Below are positions 1 to 10,600 of a stretch of DNA of 14,139 nt, piece after piece; positions within the stretch are counted from its first letter, which is position 1, and each line of letters starts with the position of its first letter. Origin of the DNA: Candidatus Zhuqueibacterota bacterium (GTDB lineage: Bacteria; Zhuqueibacterota; Zhuqueibacteria; Thermofontimicrobiales; Thermofontimicrobiaceae); assembly GCA_049322915.1 (NCBI GenBank), contig JBMOPW010000018.1, forward strand, positions 1-14,139, written 5' to 3'. The position numbers and the translations under genes were made by a program. Below the pieces are notes generated by a model that was not told the origin of the DNA, ran no database searches, and saw only the letters and a list, made by a program, of their open reading frames with translations.

Positions 1-127
1 CATAAGGTAGAAGTAAAAAGAAAGGTGAGGATATTACCGGATAGAGAATAATCCGGTAAATCATTATCATCCTGTTATCCTGTCCAAAGTAAACAAATAC
101 AACTTTTGATCCCCTGTGATCAATTAC
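1..127. repeat. Left copy of a perfect 127-bp inverted repeat shared with the right end of the window
   Basis: 1-127 is the exact reverse complement of 14013-14139, and identity stops at 128/14012. Contains hairpins TTACCGGAT-N8-ATCCGGTAA (34-59) and TTGATC-N6-GATCAA (106-123). Confidence 0.97.
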
Positions 128-192
128 TTAAATCAGATATCAAACATTAGAACAATGAAGATTTACCACAAAGTTTTCCGCCGGAGTCAGTC

Positions 193-2211
193 ATGTCCGA
201 AGCAATGTTCAAATGTCCGCAATGCAGCAAAGAGGTGCGCCGGGAAAAGATCATTGCCAACAATTATTCCTGCGTCAATCCGCACTGTTCGTTGAATGGG
301 CGATTGCTGGTGCATGGCGAAGTATCCACCACCGGCAACCTCAGCAAAGTCTACGGCTGGGTGCTTCAGCCCGGCGCCGTATTGGCAAAAAAATATGAAA
401 TCGTGAAAATGCTCGGCAAGGGCGGCTACGGCGCCACCTACCTGGCCCGCGACCATTCCATGTTCCGGCAGCTTCGCGCCATCAAAGAGGTGCCGCGCCA
501 ATTCTGCGACGACACCGAGGACGAATTTTTGACCGTGCTCAATCACCCGGCCATTCCGCGGCTGTACGAGCGATTCAACCACGGCCAGTTTCATTACAGC
601 GTCATGGAATTTGTTGAGGGCGAAAGCCTGGAGCAGATCGTCAAACGCCGCGCCGGCGGACTCGATGCGAACGAACTGATGCATCTGGCGCGCCAGATTG
701 TTGACGTGCTGGATTATATCCATTCCCGGAAAATCGTCCATCGCGATTTGAAGCCGGACAACATCCTCGTCCGCAAGAACGGCGCCATCGCGCTCATCGA
801 TTTTGGCATTGCCAAGCACTTCAGATCCGGCATTGGCACGCGGCATCTGGCGCGGGCCGCGTCCTACTGCTATTCATCTCCGGAACAATACCAGGCAGGC
901 AAAGGCCTGACCGATTTCAAATCCGATATTTACTCGCTGGGCGCGATCCTCTATTTCATGGCCATCGGGGTTGAGCCGCCGGACGCTCTCTCGCGGGATA
1001 GCTCCCGGGATATTTCACCGACGCCGCGCAGCCTGAATTCCAAAGTGTCCCCGCTGTTGGAGCGGGTCATCATCAAAGCCACGCGGATGCAGAAGAATGC
1101 CCGATTCAAAAGCATTTCCGAGATGCGGCAGGCGCTATTCGGACGCGCCACGTCCCAGCGCCGCAATCACTGCCCCCGCTGCCATACGCCGATTGAACCG
1201 GGGGACAAATTCTGCAGCGCATGCGGCTCATCGACTCAGCCTGTCGATCCGGCTACGGTCCCGTCTCTGGCGTTTCGGTCCGGGGAACAGGCGACCAGCA
1301 TCGGGCAACTGGCCGCGCTGTGTCAGAGGCATTGGAGCGAGGCGGTGCAGCTACTTTATCAGGGCAAAATCGAAGCCTGGCTGAAATCCCTGCCGGACGG
1401 CGCAACGCTCGCCCGGCAGACCGTCGCCATACGCAAAACCAATCCCAACAAAAATGAAGGACTGAACCATTTCCTGGTCGCCTCCGGATTTAGCGCGCTT
1501 CCAAAATTGGGAACCACTCAGGCGCGCCTGAGCTGGTCGGGATCAACGTCGACTCCAGGCGACGCCCTCATCCTTGACGTGACCAACGCCGGCGGCGGCT
1601 GCCTGATGGGAACGGTGGTCCCGTCCGCCTCCTGGCTGAGCATTGGCCAGCCATCGTTCTCCTGCCTGAAAGGCAATTGCGTCCGAATTCGAATTCAAGT
1701 CGATGGCGCGGCCGGGAAAAAACAGCGCAACCGCTCCGCAACGCTGCGCATCGAATCCAACGGAGGCAATGTCTCCATCCCGGTGAATTGCACCCCGGCC
1801 GATGGGAAACGCGCCTCCGTGAAATCGCATCGCTTCGCCGGCTTTCTCGCTCCCATCGTCCTGTTCATCGCCTTCATGCTCGCCATCCGCTATCTGGGAC
1901 CAACGGCGCAACCGCGACTGGCGTCGCCGGAGGTCATCCTGGTATCCGGCCTGTTCCTGTCCCTGATGAACATGCGCTTCGGCAAAATCGGCATGGCGCT
2001 GGGATTCATCATGGGCCTGTGCATCGGCGCTTTTCTGGACATCGTCGCCTACTATCTATTCCCGGTCCTCAATTCCGGAATCATCGATCCGGCCATTCAA
2101 TACATCACGTCGTCCTCGTCGGCGCCAAAAAATTTCGCCGGCTGGGGCATGCTGGGCGCGTACATGGGCGGAACGTTCGTCTTTTTCTCCCGAAAGAAAT
2201 TGAGAAAGTGA
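193..2211 (+). CDS. Hanks-type Ser/Thr protein kinase with zinc ribbons, a BACON/Ig-like domain and C-terminal TM helices (672 aa)
   Basis: GGAG RBS at 183-186. Kinase motifs LGKGGYGATY, AIKE, HRDLKPDN, DFG, YSSPEQ, SDIYSLG. CPQC..CVNPHC at the N-terminus and CPRC..CSAC after the kinase domain. NAGGGCL..WL..SNGG beta-sandwich pattern. Hydrophobic C-terminal segments. Confidence 0.93.
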   Translation: MSEAMFKCPQCSKEVRREKIIANNYSCVNPHCSLNGRLLVHGEVSTTGNLSKVYGWVLQPGAVLAKKYEIVKMLGKGGYGATYLARDHSMFRQLRAIKEVPRQFCDDTEDEFLTVLNHPAIPRLYERFNHGQFHYSVMEFVEGESLEQIVKRRAGGLDANELMHLARQIVDVLDYIHSRKIVHRDLKPDNILVRKNGAIALIDFGIAKHFRSGIGTRHLARAASYCYSSPEQYQAGKGLTDFKSDIYSLGAILYFMAIGVEPPDALSRDSSRDISPTPRSLNSKVSPLLERVIIKATRMQKNARFKSISEMRQALFGRATSQRRNHCPRCHTPIEPGDKFCSACGSSTQPVDPATVPSLAFRSGEQATSIGQLAALCQRHWSEAVQLLYQGKIEAWLKSLPDGATLARQTVAIRKTNPNKNEGLNHFLVASGFSALPKLGTTQARLSWSGSTSTPGDALILDVTNAGGGCLMGTVVPSASWLSIGQPSFSCLKGNCVRIRIQVDGAAGKKQRNRSATLRIESNGGNVSIPVNCTPADGKRASVKSHRFAGFLAPIVLFIAFMLAIRYLGPTAQPRLASPEVILVSGLFLSLMNMRFGKIGMALGFIMGLCIGAFLDIVAYYLFPVLNSGIIDPAIQYITSSSSAPKNFAGWGMLGAYMGGTFVFFSRKKLRK

Positions 2212-2333
2212 CACTCCCCCATTCCCGCCGACCCGCTGCGGTTCTTTCGGCCAATTGCCTTCTCCCTTCGGACGGTTCCTCCCTGCCTTCCCTCTCTCGC
2301 AATGTCTTTCGCCTCGGCAGGGCGATAAAATAC

Positions 2334-2362
2334 TTGCATTGTTCAAATTAATTTATTAGTTT
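2334..2362 (+). promoter_or_regulatory. Putative sigma70 promoter for the nucleoside phosphorylase gene
   Basis: TTGCAT (2334-2339), 17-bp spacer, TAGTTT (2357-2362), in an AT-rich intergenic patch. Confidence 0.5.
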
Positions 2363-2466
2363 ACGTTGGCAATTCTGTAACTGGATAGCCTCATGATTGC
2401 GTTGGATTTTCATCCAGAGCGGTGAACGATCGGTACGTATTCTTGCCACAAGAGAGGAGAAAAATT

Positions 2467-3258
2467 TTGGAGTCTGGACAGGCTGGTCTGGAGATCAAGA
2501 AACAATATCCCATTCTTGAATTCGATCCGCAAACGAACGCGGTCATTAATCCTCACGCTGCAATCGAAAAAATCGACATTCCGGAGCACTGCGTCATCTG
2601 CTTTTTTCAGGACGTCATCAATCTTTTCCTGGATCGGGGGCTGTTGACCCAGGTCGCTGTACAGAAAAGCGAGATCAAGCATCACCCGATTTTCTCGCTG
2701 CAATTCATGGACAGGACAATCGCCCTGTTCCATCCCGGCGTGGGAGCGCCGCTGGCTGCCGGTCTGCTGGAAGAGGTGATCGCCCGCGGCTGCACGAAAT
2801 TCATCGTTTGCGGCAGCGCCGGGGTGCTGGATTCGCAACTCGCGCTGGGACATATTCTCGTCCCGACGTCCGCTGTCCGGGATGAAGGGACTTCCTACCA
2901 TTATCTGCCTCCCTCCCGCGAAGCGCACGCCCATCCCGGCGCCGTGCAGGCGATTCAATCCACATTGACCCGATTGAAAATACCCTTTCTGCTGACAAAA
3001 TCCTGGACTACAGACGCGTTTTACCGGGAGACGCCGGACAAAGTTGCGCTACGCAAATCCGAAGGCTGTTTGACGGTGGAAATGGAAGCGGCCGCGTTCT
3101 TCGCCGTGGCAGCCTTTCGAGACGTCGTGCTGGGACAAATTCTCTACGCCGGGGACGATGTCAGCGGCGCCACGTGGGACAGTCGCGAATGGACCAAAGC
3201 CAAAAGCCTGCGGGAGAAATTGGTCTGGCTGGCCGCCGAAATCTGTCTTGAATTATGA
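2467..3258 (+). CDS. Nucleoside phosphorylase (PNP/UDP family)
   Basis: Motifs YPILEFD, GVGAPLAA, GSAGVL, AVRDEGTSYHY, WTTDAFYRET, VEMEAAA. Start placed at in-frame TTG 2467 because GAGGAG lies at 2454-2459; the ORF is open from GTG 2422. Confidence 0.9.
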   Translation: MESGQAGLEIKKQYPILEFDPQTNAVINPHAAIEKIDIPEHCVICFFQDVINLFLDRGLLTQVAVQKSEIKHHPIFSLQFMDRTIALFHPGVGAPLAAGLLEEVIARGCTKFIVCGSAGVLDSQLALGHILVPTSAVRDEGTSYHYLPPSREAHAHPGAVQAIQSTLTRLKIPFLLTKSWTTDAFYRETPDKVALRKSEGCLTVEMEAAAFFAVAAFRDVVLGQILYAGDDVSGATWDSREWTKAKSLREKLVWLAAEICLEL

Positions 3259-3393
3259 TTCGGCTCAGTGAAACAGTGGGCATTGCCTTTTTGAAAGACA
3301 CTCGTGCGGTGCATGAAGGCGTCGCACTCCATTCTCAAGTCATAATTGGTCTTTAGTCGTTTTATCAACCGGTACCTTTACAAAGGAAAATCG

Positions 3394-4245
3394 ATGAGCA
3401 CAAAAAAAGCAAACGTCATTCACTCTGAAAGCGTGTTCTCTGCTGCCGATGGCTACCAACTGCGCGAGCAATCCTGGCTGCCGGACGCCGATCCCAAAGC
3501 GATTGTAGCCATCATTCACGGCTATGCCGAACACAGCGACCGCTACGCCCATGTCGCTGGCTATCTCGCCGCGGCCGGGTACGGCGTTCTGAGTTTTGAC
3601 CTCCGCGGCCACGGCAAATCCGATGGGAAGAATACTCATGTCGGTTCATTCGACGAGTATCTGGCGGATGTAGATATTTTTCTCACCCGCATCCGACAGG
3701 CGTTCCCGGGCAAAAAGCTGTTCCTGCTGGGCCACAGCATGGGCGGCGCCATCGCCAGCCTGTACGTGATCACGCGCCAGCCGGACCTTGCCGGCTTGCT
3801 GCTCAGCGGCGCACTCGTGAAAATAAGCGACGATATTTCACCGCTGCTGGTGAAGCTGTCCGGCTTCATCGGAAAAATACTGCCGAAGTGGCCCACCATC
3901 AAACTGGACAGCAAAGCGATTTCCAGCGATCCCGATGTTGTGCGACGCTACGAAACCGATCCCCTCATCTATCGCGGCGGGATTCCGGCCCGGACCGGGG
4001 CGGAAATGAATCGCGCGGCAACGCGCATTCAGAGCGACATGGAAGCCATCAAACTCCCTGTCCTCATCATGCACGGCACTGCGGATCGATTGTCCGATCC
4101 GGCTGGCAGCCAGCAACTGCACGACCGCGTCTCGTCGACGGACAAGACGTTGAAACTGTACCCCGAATTCTTCCACGAAATTATGAACGAACCGAAGAAG
4201 GAACACGTCCTGGCCGATATCGTCGCCTGGCTGAAACAGCACTGA
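3394..4245 (+). CDS. Alpha/beta hydrolase, monoacylglycerol lipase/lysophospholipase (Hydrolase_4) family
   Basis: IIHGYAEHSDRY, FDLRGHGKS, nucleophile elbow GHSMGG, HGTADRL (Asp) and FFHEIMNE (His). ATG 3394 follows AAAGGA. Confidence 0.92.
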   Translation: MSTKKANVIHSESVFSAADGYQLREQSWLPDADPKAIVAIIHGYAEHSDRYAHVAGYLAAAGYGVLSFDLRGHGKSDGKNTHVGSFDEYLADVDIFLTRIRQAFPGKKLFLLGHSMGGAIASLYVITRQPDLAGLLLSGALVKISDDISPLLVKLSGFIGKILPKWPTIKLDSKAISSDPDVVRRYETDPLIYRGGIPARTGAEMNRAATRIQSDMEAIKLPVLIMHGTADRLSDPAGSQQLHDRVSSTDKTLKLYPEFFHEIMNEPKKEHVLADIVAWLKQH

Positions 4246-4386
4246 TCACGTGAACTATAAACGCTGCCGGCGGATCCCGCTATCAATCCATGGGATGGAA
4301 GCCATGCATTGGGCTATTCCCGGGCCATGCCCGGGGAACCGCTCCGGCGCGTTCAGCGAACAGACTAACCATTTTTGAGGAACGAA

Positions 4387-5838
<1,452 letters not shown>

Positions 5839-5959
5839 AGCGTCGCCGGGGCCAGGAAGTGCGCCGACCTGTGATTATTTCGAACCACGAATATCCCGAA
5901 CGGCGCGAAGTATTACCGAATGGTGCGACTCTCAGGGAATATGTTCCAATCCATTTTCA

Positions 5960-5981
5960 GCGCCGGATATATATCCGGCGC
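5960..5981. repeat. Perfect 22-bp palindrome GCGCCGGATATATATCCGGCGC
   Basis: Self-complementary sequence in the intergenic region downstream of glpK. Confidence 0.85.
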
Positions 5982-5992
5982 GATCAGGAATA

Positions 5993-6068
5993 ATTTTCCC
6001 AAATGAATAGCCCCGATCCCGCGAGGGATCGGGGATGATGAGCATCCAGAAAATTTGGGCTTTAGCCC
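5993..6068. repeat. Solo half-unit of the REP-like family found at 6936-7560
   Basis: ATTTTCCCAAATGAATAG-CCCCGATCCC-GCGA-GGGATCGGGG...GGGCTTTAGCCC matches the right arm of the array units, with a different hairpin loop. Confidence 0.88.
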
Positions 6069-6096
6069 GGATTTTATGTTTTCAGGAGACATCACA

Positions 6097-6930
6097 ATGA
6101 AAAAATTTTCCTCTTCCGTTTTGCTGGTGCTGCTGCTGGCGGCTCAGGCCGGCGCATTCGATTTTCCGCAGATCCATGGATGGACGCCGCTGGGCGAGCC
6201 GGCCATCTACACCCCGGACAATCTCTACGAGTACATCAACGGCGCCGCGGACCAGTTCATCGACTACGGCCTCGTCCTGCTGCACACGCGGGAACTGAGC
6301 GCCGGCGCTGTGCAGGTCGCGCTGGATATTTACGACATGGGCAATCGCCTCAACGCCTTCGGCATGTACAAAACCGAACGGCCGGCGGACCGGCCCCTTC
6401 TGGCCATTGGCAGCGAGGCCGTCATTTCGCCGCCGTACCAGTGCCTGCTGCTCAAAGATCAATTCTATGTCAAGGTGAATGTGTTTGGCGGTGAGATCAC
6501 CGGGGAGATGGGAACGCAGTTGCTGACAGCCGTGGCCCGGGCTTTGCCGGGTCAGGCTGGCCTGCCGGCGGAGTTGGCGCTGCTTCCGGCAGACGGCAAA
6601 ATCCCCGGGTCCGAAGCTTTTGCCAAAAACAACTATCTGGGACGGACCGACCTCACCGATTGCCTCTACGCCGGCTATCGCGACGGCGAGTCAGCGTTTC
6701 AATATTTCGTGCTGACAGCAACGCCGGATTCGGCGCTGGACGCGCGCTGGAATTCGCTGGCAGCGCAATGGACGCCGGCGGCGCAGCCCGGGCGCAGCAT
6801 CCTGATTAAAAAAATTCCCTACAAAGGTTTGATCGGCGTGGTGAAGTTGGAGGATCGGATCATCGGGGTCACCGATTGCAGCGATGAGGGTCAGGTGATC
6901 CGGCGGCTCACGAAGGCGACGACGGAGTGA
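6097..6930 (+). CDS. Secreted/periplasmic hypothetical protein, DUF6599-like
   Basis: AGGAG RBS before ATG 6097. Signal peptide MKKFSSSVLLVLLLAAQAGA. Motif YTPDNLYEYINGAADQF..DIYDMG..NAFGMY, which I recall from DUF6599 proteins. Confidence 0.75.
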   Translation: MKKFSSSVLLVLLLAAQAGAFDFPQIHGWTPLGEPAIYTPDNLYEYINGAADQFIDYGLVLLHTRELSAGAVQVALDIYDMGNRLNAFGMYKTERPADRPLLAIGSEAVISPPYQCLLLKDQFYVKVNVFGGEITGEMGTQLLTAVARALPGQAGLPAELALLPADGKIPGSEAFAKNNYLGRTDLTDCLYAGYRDGESAFQYFVLTATPDSALDARWNSLAAQWTPAAQPGRSILIKKIPYKGLIGVVKLEDRIIGVTDCSDEGQVIRRLTKATTE

Positions 6931-6935
6931 ATCTT

Positions 6936-7560
6936 TCGGGGCTAAAGCCCAAAAATTAAAAGTAAATTTCTGATCCCCGACTTAAAAGTCGGGGCTATTC
7001 AAATTTTGTTAGTATTCAAGCGCGAAAGGCCATTTGAACATCCCGATTCTTTCTCCCAGTTGAATAGCCCCGATCTTCAGATCGGGGATTAATAGCGCTC
7101 AAAATAATTTGGGCTTTAGCCCATTATTTGATTGCACAGAAGCTCGGGCTATTCAAAGCTCGCGGCTATTCAAATTTTGTTAGTATTCAAGCGCGAAAGG
7201 CCATTTGAACATCCCGATTCATTTTCCCAATTGAATAGCCCCGATCTTTAGATCGGGGACTGATAGCGCTCAAAATAATTCGGGCTTTAGCCCATTATTT
7301 GATTGCGCAGAAGCTCGGGGCTAAAGCCCAAAAATTAAAAGTAAATTTCTGATCCCCGACTTAAAAGTCGGGGCTATTCAAATTTTGTTAGTATTCAAGC
7401 GCGAAAGGCCATTTGAACATCCCGTTTCATTTTCCCAAATGAATAGCCCCGATCTTTAGATCGGGGACTGATAGCGCTCAAAATAATTTTTGATAGCACT
7501 GAAGCCCGAATTCTTCGGGCGGGACTTTATGAACTTCGCTCTGAAGAGCGGAGCTATTCA
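6936..7560. repeat. Tandem array of REP/BIME-like palindromic units (about three copies plus a diverged arm)
   Basis: Units at ~6936-7144, ~7145-7314 (left arm largely deleted) and ~7315-7489 (3' end truncated). Full unit is GGGCTAAAGCCC..CCCCGACTTAAAAGTCGGGGCTATTCAA-~60 nt-TGAATAGCCCCGATCTTYAGATCGGGG..GGGCTTTAGCCC. A diverged arm lies at ~7495-7560. Confidence 0.92.
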
Positions 7561-7671
7561 TTATTTTCCCGCCACTGAAAAACGGTATGATTTTGGAAAT
7601 TTCCCGGTGTGGTTCAACAACCACTTGCACAGATCATACGCTTTTTTCTGAATTATCATCTCCTGCGACAT
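7561..7671 (-). pseudogene. avd: Truncated DGR accessory protein Avd-like (four-helix-bundle family) N-terminal fragment, 36 aa
   Basis: Below the ORF-track length cut-off. AAAGGAGG RBS (7677-7684) lies 5 nt before ATG 7671. Translation MSQEMIIQKKAYDLCKWLLNHTGKFPKSYRFSVAGK* fits the Avd N-terminal pattern I.QK.YDL..W......KFPK..RF. It sits 28 bp downstream of an FGE-type target gene. Confidence 0.78.
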
Positions 7672-7699
7672 TTTACCCTCCTTTCAGAGTAACAGATTG

Positions 7700-10600
7700 T
7701 CAGATTTCCAGAGTATCAAAAACTTTGGACTCGGAGAAGACGACGCGAAAACCAACGAAGCTCCAGCCGCCATCGGGATCGTCGCAGACGCGGGAAGGAC
7801 GACGAAGATGGGTATCATCGCTGTCCCAAGAGCCGCCGCGCAACGATCGCGCCGCAGGGTACATATCATGGTTATTGCTCTGCCATTCCCAGACATTGCC
7901 GGCCATGTTCATCAGTCCCTGCGGCGTGGAGCCGTCCGGATAGCGATCCACCGGCGTGGTGGCGCCCACATTTTGACCATAGTTAGCCAGCTTCGGTGTG
8001 GGTTCGCCTTTGTCGCTTGGCCAGGGAAATTCCCGCAGCGAGCCATCAGGTTGACCAAACGCAGCCCATTCCCATTCCCTCTCATGGGGCAATCGGTAAT
8101 GCAGCGTCGCCTCGGCCAGGGTCACGCTATTTTTGGATTTCCCCGAAGCGGTTCCCAGCAGCGTCAGCCACAGGCAATAGGCCATGGCGTCGTACCAGGT
8201 CACACTCGTCACCGGCTGGTCGCTGCCGAGGAATTTCTTATTGTCTTCCTTTGAGGCAAGCTTTTTCGGCCATTGCTTCGGATCCTCCCCCAGGTACTTT
8301 TTGTAACCCTCTTCAATTTTGGAGAATTCCAGCAACTGCTCAATAAACGAATTCAGCAGCAACAGACCATTGAGATCTTCGGCCTCGCCTCTCAAATAAG
8401 CGATGAAGCGATTGTAGCGTTTGTTGGTCACCGGGTGCTTGGCAAAATAGGTATCCGGGACTGTGACTTTTTTCTTTGTCACCGTAAAGGTATAGGTTCC
8501 GCCGGGGATGAGGATGTATTCGGCGTTCTCCTCCAGCGGGTTGCGAAACGAGGTTGGCTTTGTCTCAAACAGCGTTGCAGCAGCCGGAGCGCTGATCGGC
8601 GCCGGTCGTTCGAATTCAGCGGCCATGTCGCGGGCGTGTCGCGCCGCCGTATCCCTTCGCTTTCCGTACTGCGCGATGAGGTGTCTGGCCTCCTTCGTGC
8701 CAATGGTTTTGAGGCAATTCAGGATATAGCGCTTTTTATCGGCGCTGATTCCGGTGGCTGATAGTCGCTGCCACAGGGCGTCGGTCTTTTTTGCCGGGGC
8801 GTCGCTGATCAGCAATTCCAACAGAGTTTGCTGCGCTTGAGTGAGATCGTCCGTCACCGCCGAGGCGAACAGAGCGGCCATGAATCGGTCGAACAGATCC
8901 GCATCCGGCGTGCCCATGAAGAAGCGCAGCGGCTCCTCCCACCAGGCGTTGCCAAAATGGGCCGCCAGTTGGTTCAGATAATCGTCCTCCCCGGCCTGCT
9001 TTTTCATCTGCAAGCTGGCCAGATATTCCCGAAACGATTTATGCCGGAAGATATAGTTGGCGTCGCCCCAGGGGGCCAGAATGCCGGCGCGCTTGCACAG
9101 GTTATCGCAGAACGCTTTAGCGGTGAGGTCTTCCTTCATGGGCGTAATCAACGGTTGCAGTTTGTCGTGCATTTCCTGCCGGGATACATCGTCCCGCCCT
9201 ATTTTCTCCTGCATCCATAAAGAAGCTGGCGCCAGCGCCGCGGTCGCCTGATCAGCGGGCAGCAGCGGATTCAGGCCGCGCTGGCGATCGCGGTAGTCCA
9301 GCAGATAGTTCATCGCCGCGCTGAACAGCTCGGTCCGATTGTGCGCATGGAATGTCCGCTCCCGACCCAGCAGGGCGATGATCTGCAGCAGCAGCGGGGA
9401 ATCGGCCAACTTGCGCACCGCCTGATTCTCCTTCTTCGCCAGATAGTCGATGAGTTCCCCGGCCTTCCGTTCGCCGGCGCGGATATTTTTTTCGCGCCAG
9501 TCCGCAGGAGCATCCGGGGGTGGTATCTCCTGCTGAGCCACGGCGCGGAACCATTTGCCCAGGAACTCCTGCTGCTGGTCCCAGCTAAATTCCCTGATGT
9601 CCGCGCGGACATGGGCGAATACCAGTTCGATGCCGTCCAGTTTGGCGTAGCCGGTCCAGCGCGACGTCACGATGAATCGCGCAGATGGCAACCCGGCCGC
9701 TTTCTGGTCGATCCACGTGCAGGCCTTCTTTCGGGCTTCCACGCTGCTGATTTCATCCAGCCCGTCGAGCAGGATCAGCGTCTTTTTCTCACGCAGCCAG
9801 TCTTCAAACACCTGTTCGTCCGTGGTGCATTCGTGGCAGTTCGTCCAAAGAGTCAGATTGGCGCTGAGCGACTTCCCCACATCCAGATCCCGCAGCGGGA
9901 AATACAGGACGAACACATCTTCAGGCAGACCCAGTCGGCTGGCGTTGCCTTCCAGGCAGGCCATGGCGTAATACTTCAGCAGCGTGGTCTTGCCGGACCC
10001 TGGATCGCCGATGATGAGCAGCAGCCGTTTGCGCGCAAAGGCGCGTTTGATAATTTCATCCGGGGCTAAATCCTGAGCCGCCTGAGCTTCGGCCGTCTCG
10101 CGATGCGGTGATTGATATGGGTCCTCCGACCGCCATGTCTCTGATAGTCGCAGATTGACGAACGCGCCCATCAGGCTGACCGGCACACTTTGAACGTGCG
10201 GCGAGCCCAGCAGGGTGATCGCTCCCAGCTCTTCTATCAGCGCATCTTTGAGCACCTGCTCGGCGGTGCGGACTTTTTTTGCGTTTTGAGATTGATCAAA
10301 ATTTTTCAGTCCTTCAGCCTGGGCAGCGGCGAGTTTCTTTTCCAGTTCAATTTTGTAGGCCTCTATTTCTTTTTCATGCCTCTCCCTCTCTTCCAGGCGA
10401 ATTCGCTCCAACTCCTGCTCATGCAATTTTTTTTCTTCCTGTCGGATTCGCTCCAACTCCCGTTCATGCTTTTTATTTAAATGTCTGTACATTTCGAAAA
10501 ACAGTGCGAGCAGAGCCACAGCAAAAGTCGCGATGGCAACCCAATTCGGCGAAGCGTCTTCTCTGGATTGTTGCGCATTTCCCATAGGGCTTTGCTGAGG

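Noticed and set aside
187..846. 219-aa antisense ORF, and similar shadow ORFs such as 4255-5289, 7697-8254, 9341-10069 and 11649-12035
   Set aside because: They overlap well-supported genes on the opposite strand or in another frame, have no recognisable motifs, and are expected in GC-rich coding DNA.
6936..7560. CRISPR array
   Set aside because: The sequences between the palindromes are near-identical copies rather than unique spacers, the period is 170-209 bp, arms alternate in orientation, and there are no cas genes.
6931..7700. DGR template repeat or reverse transcriptase within the window
   Set aside because: By eye I found no second, AAC-rich copy of the 7733-7840 segment here or elsewhere in the window, and no ORF with RT motifs.
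7700..8530. Active formylglycine-generating enzyme
   Set aside because: The FGE catalytic cysteine pair in the RGGS..C....C region is absent (RGGSWDSDDTHLR), so the domain is better read as a binding module.
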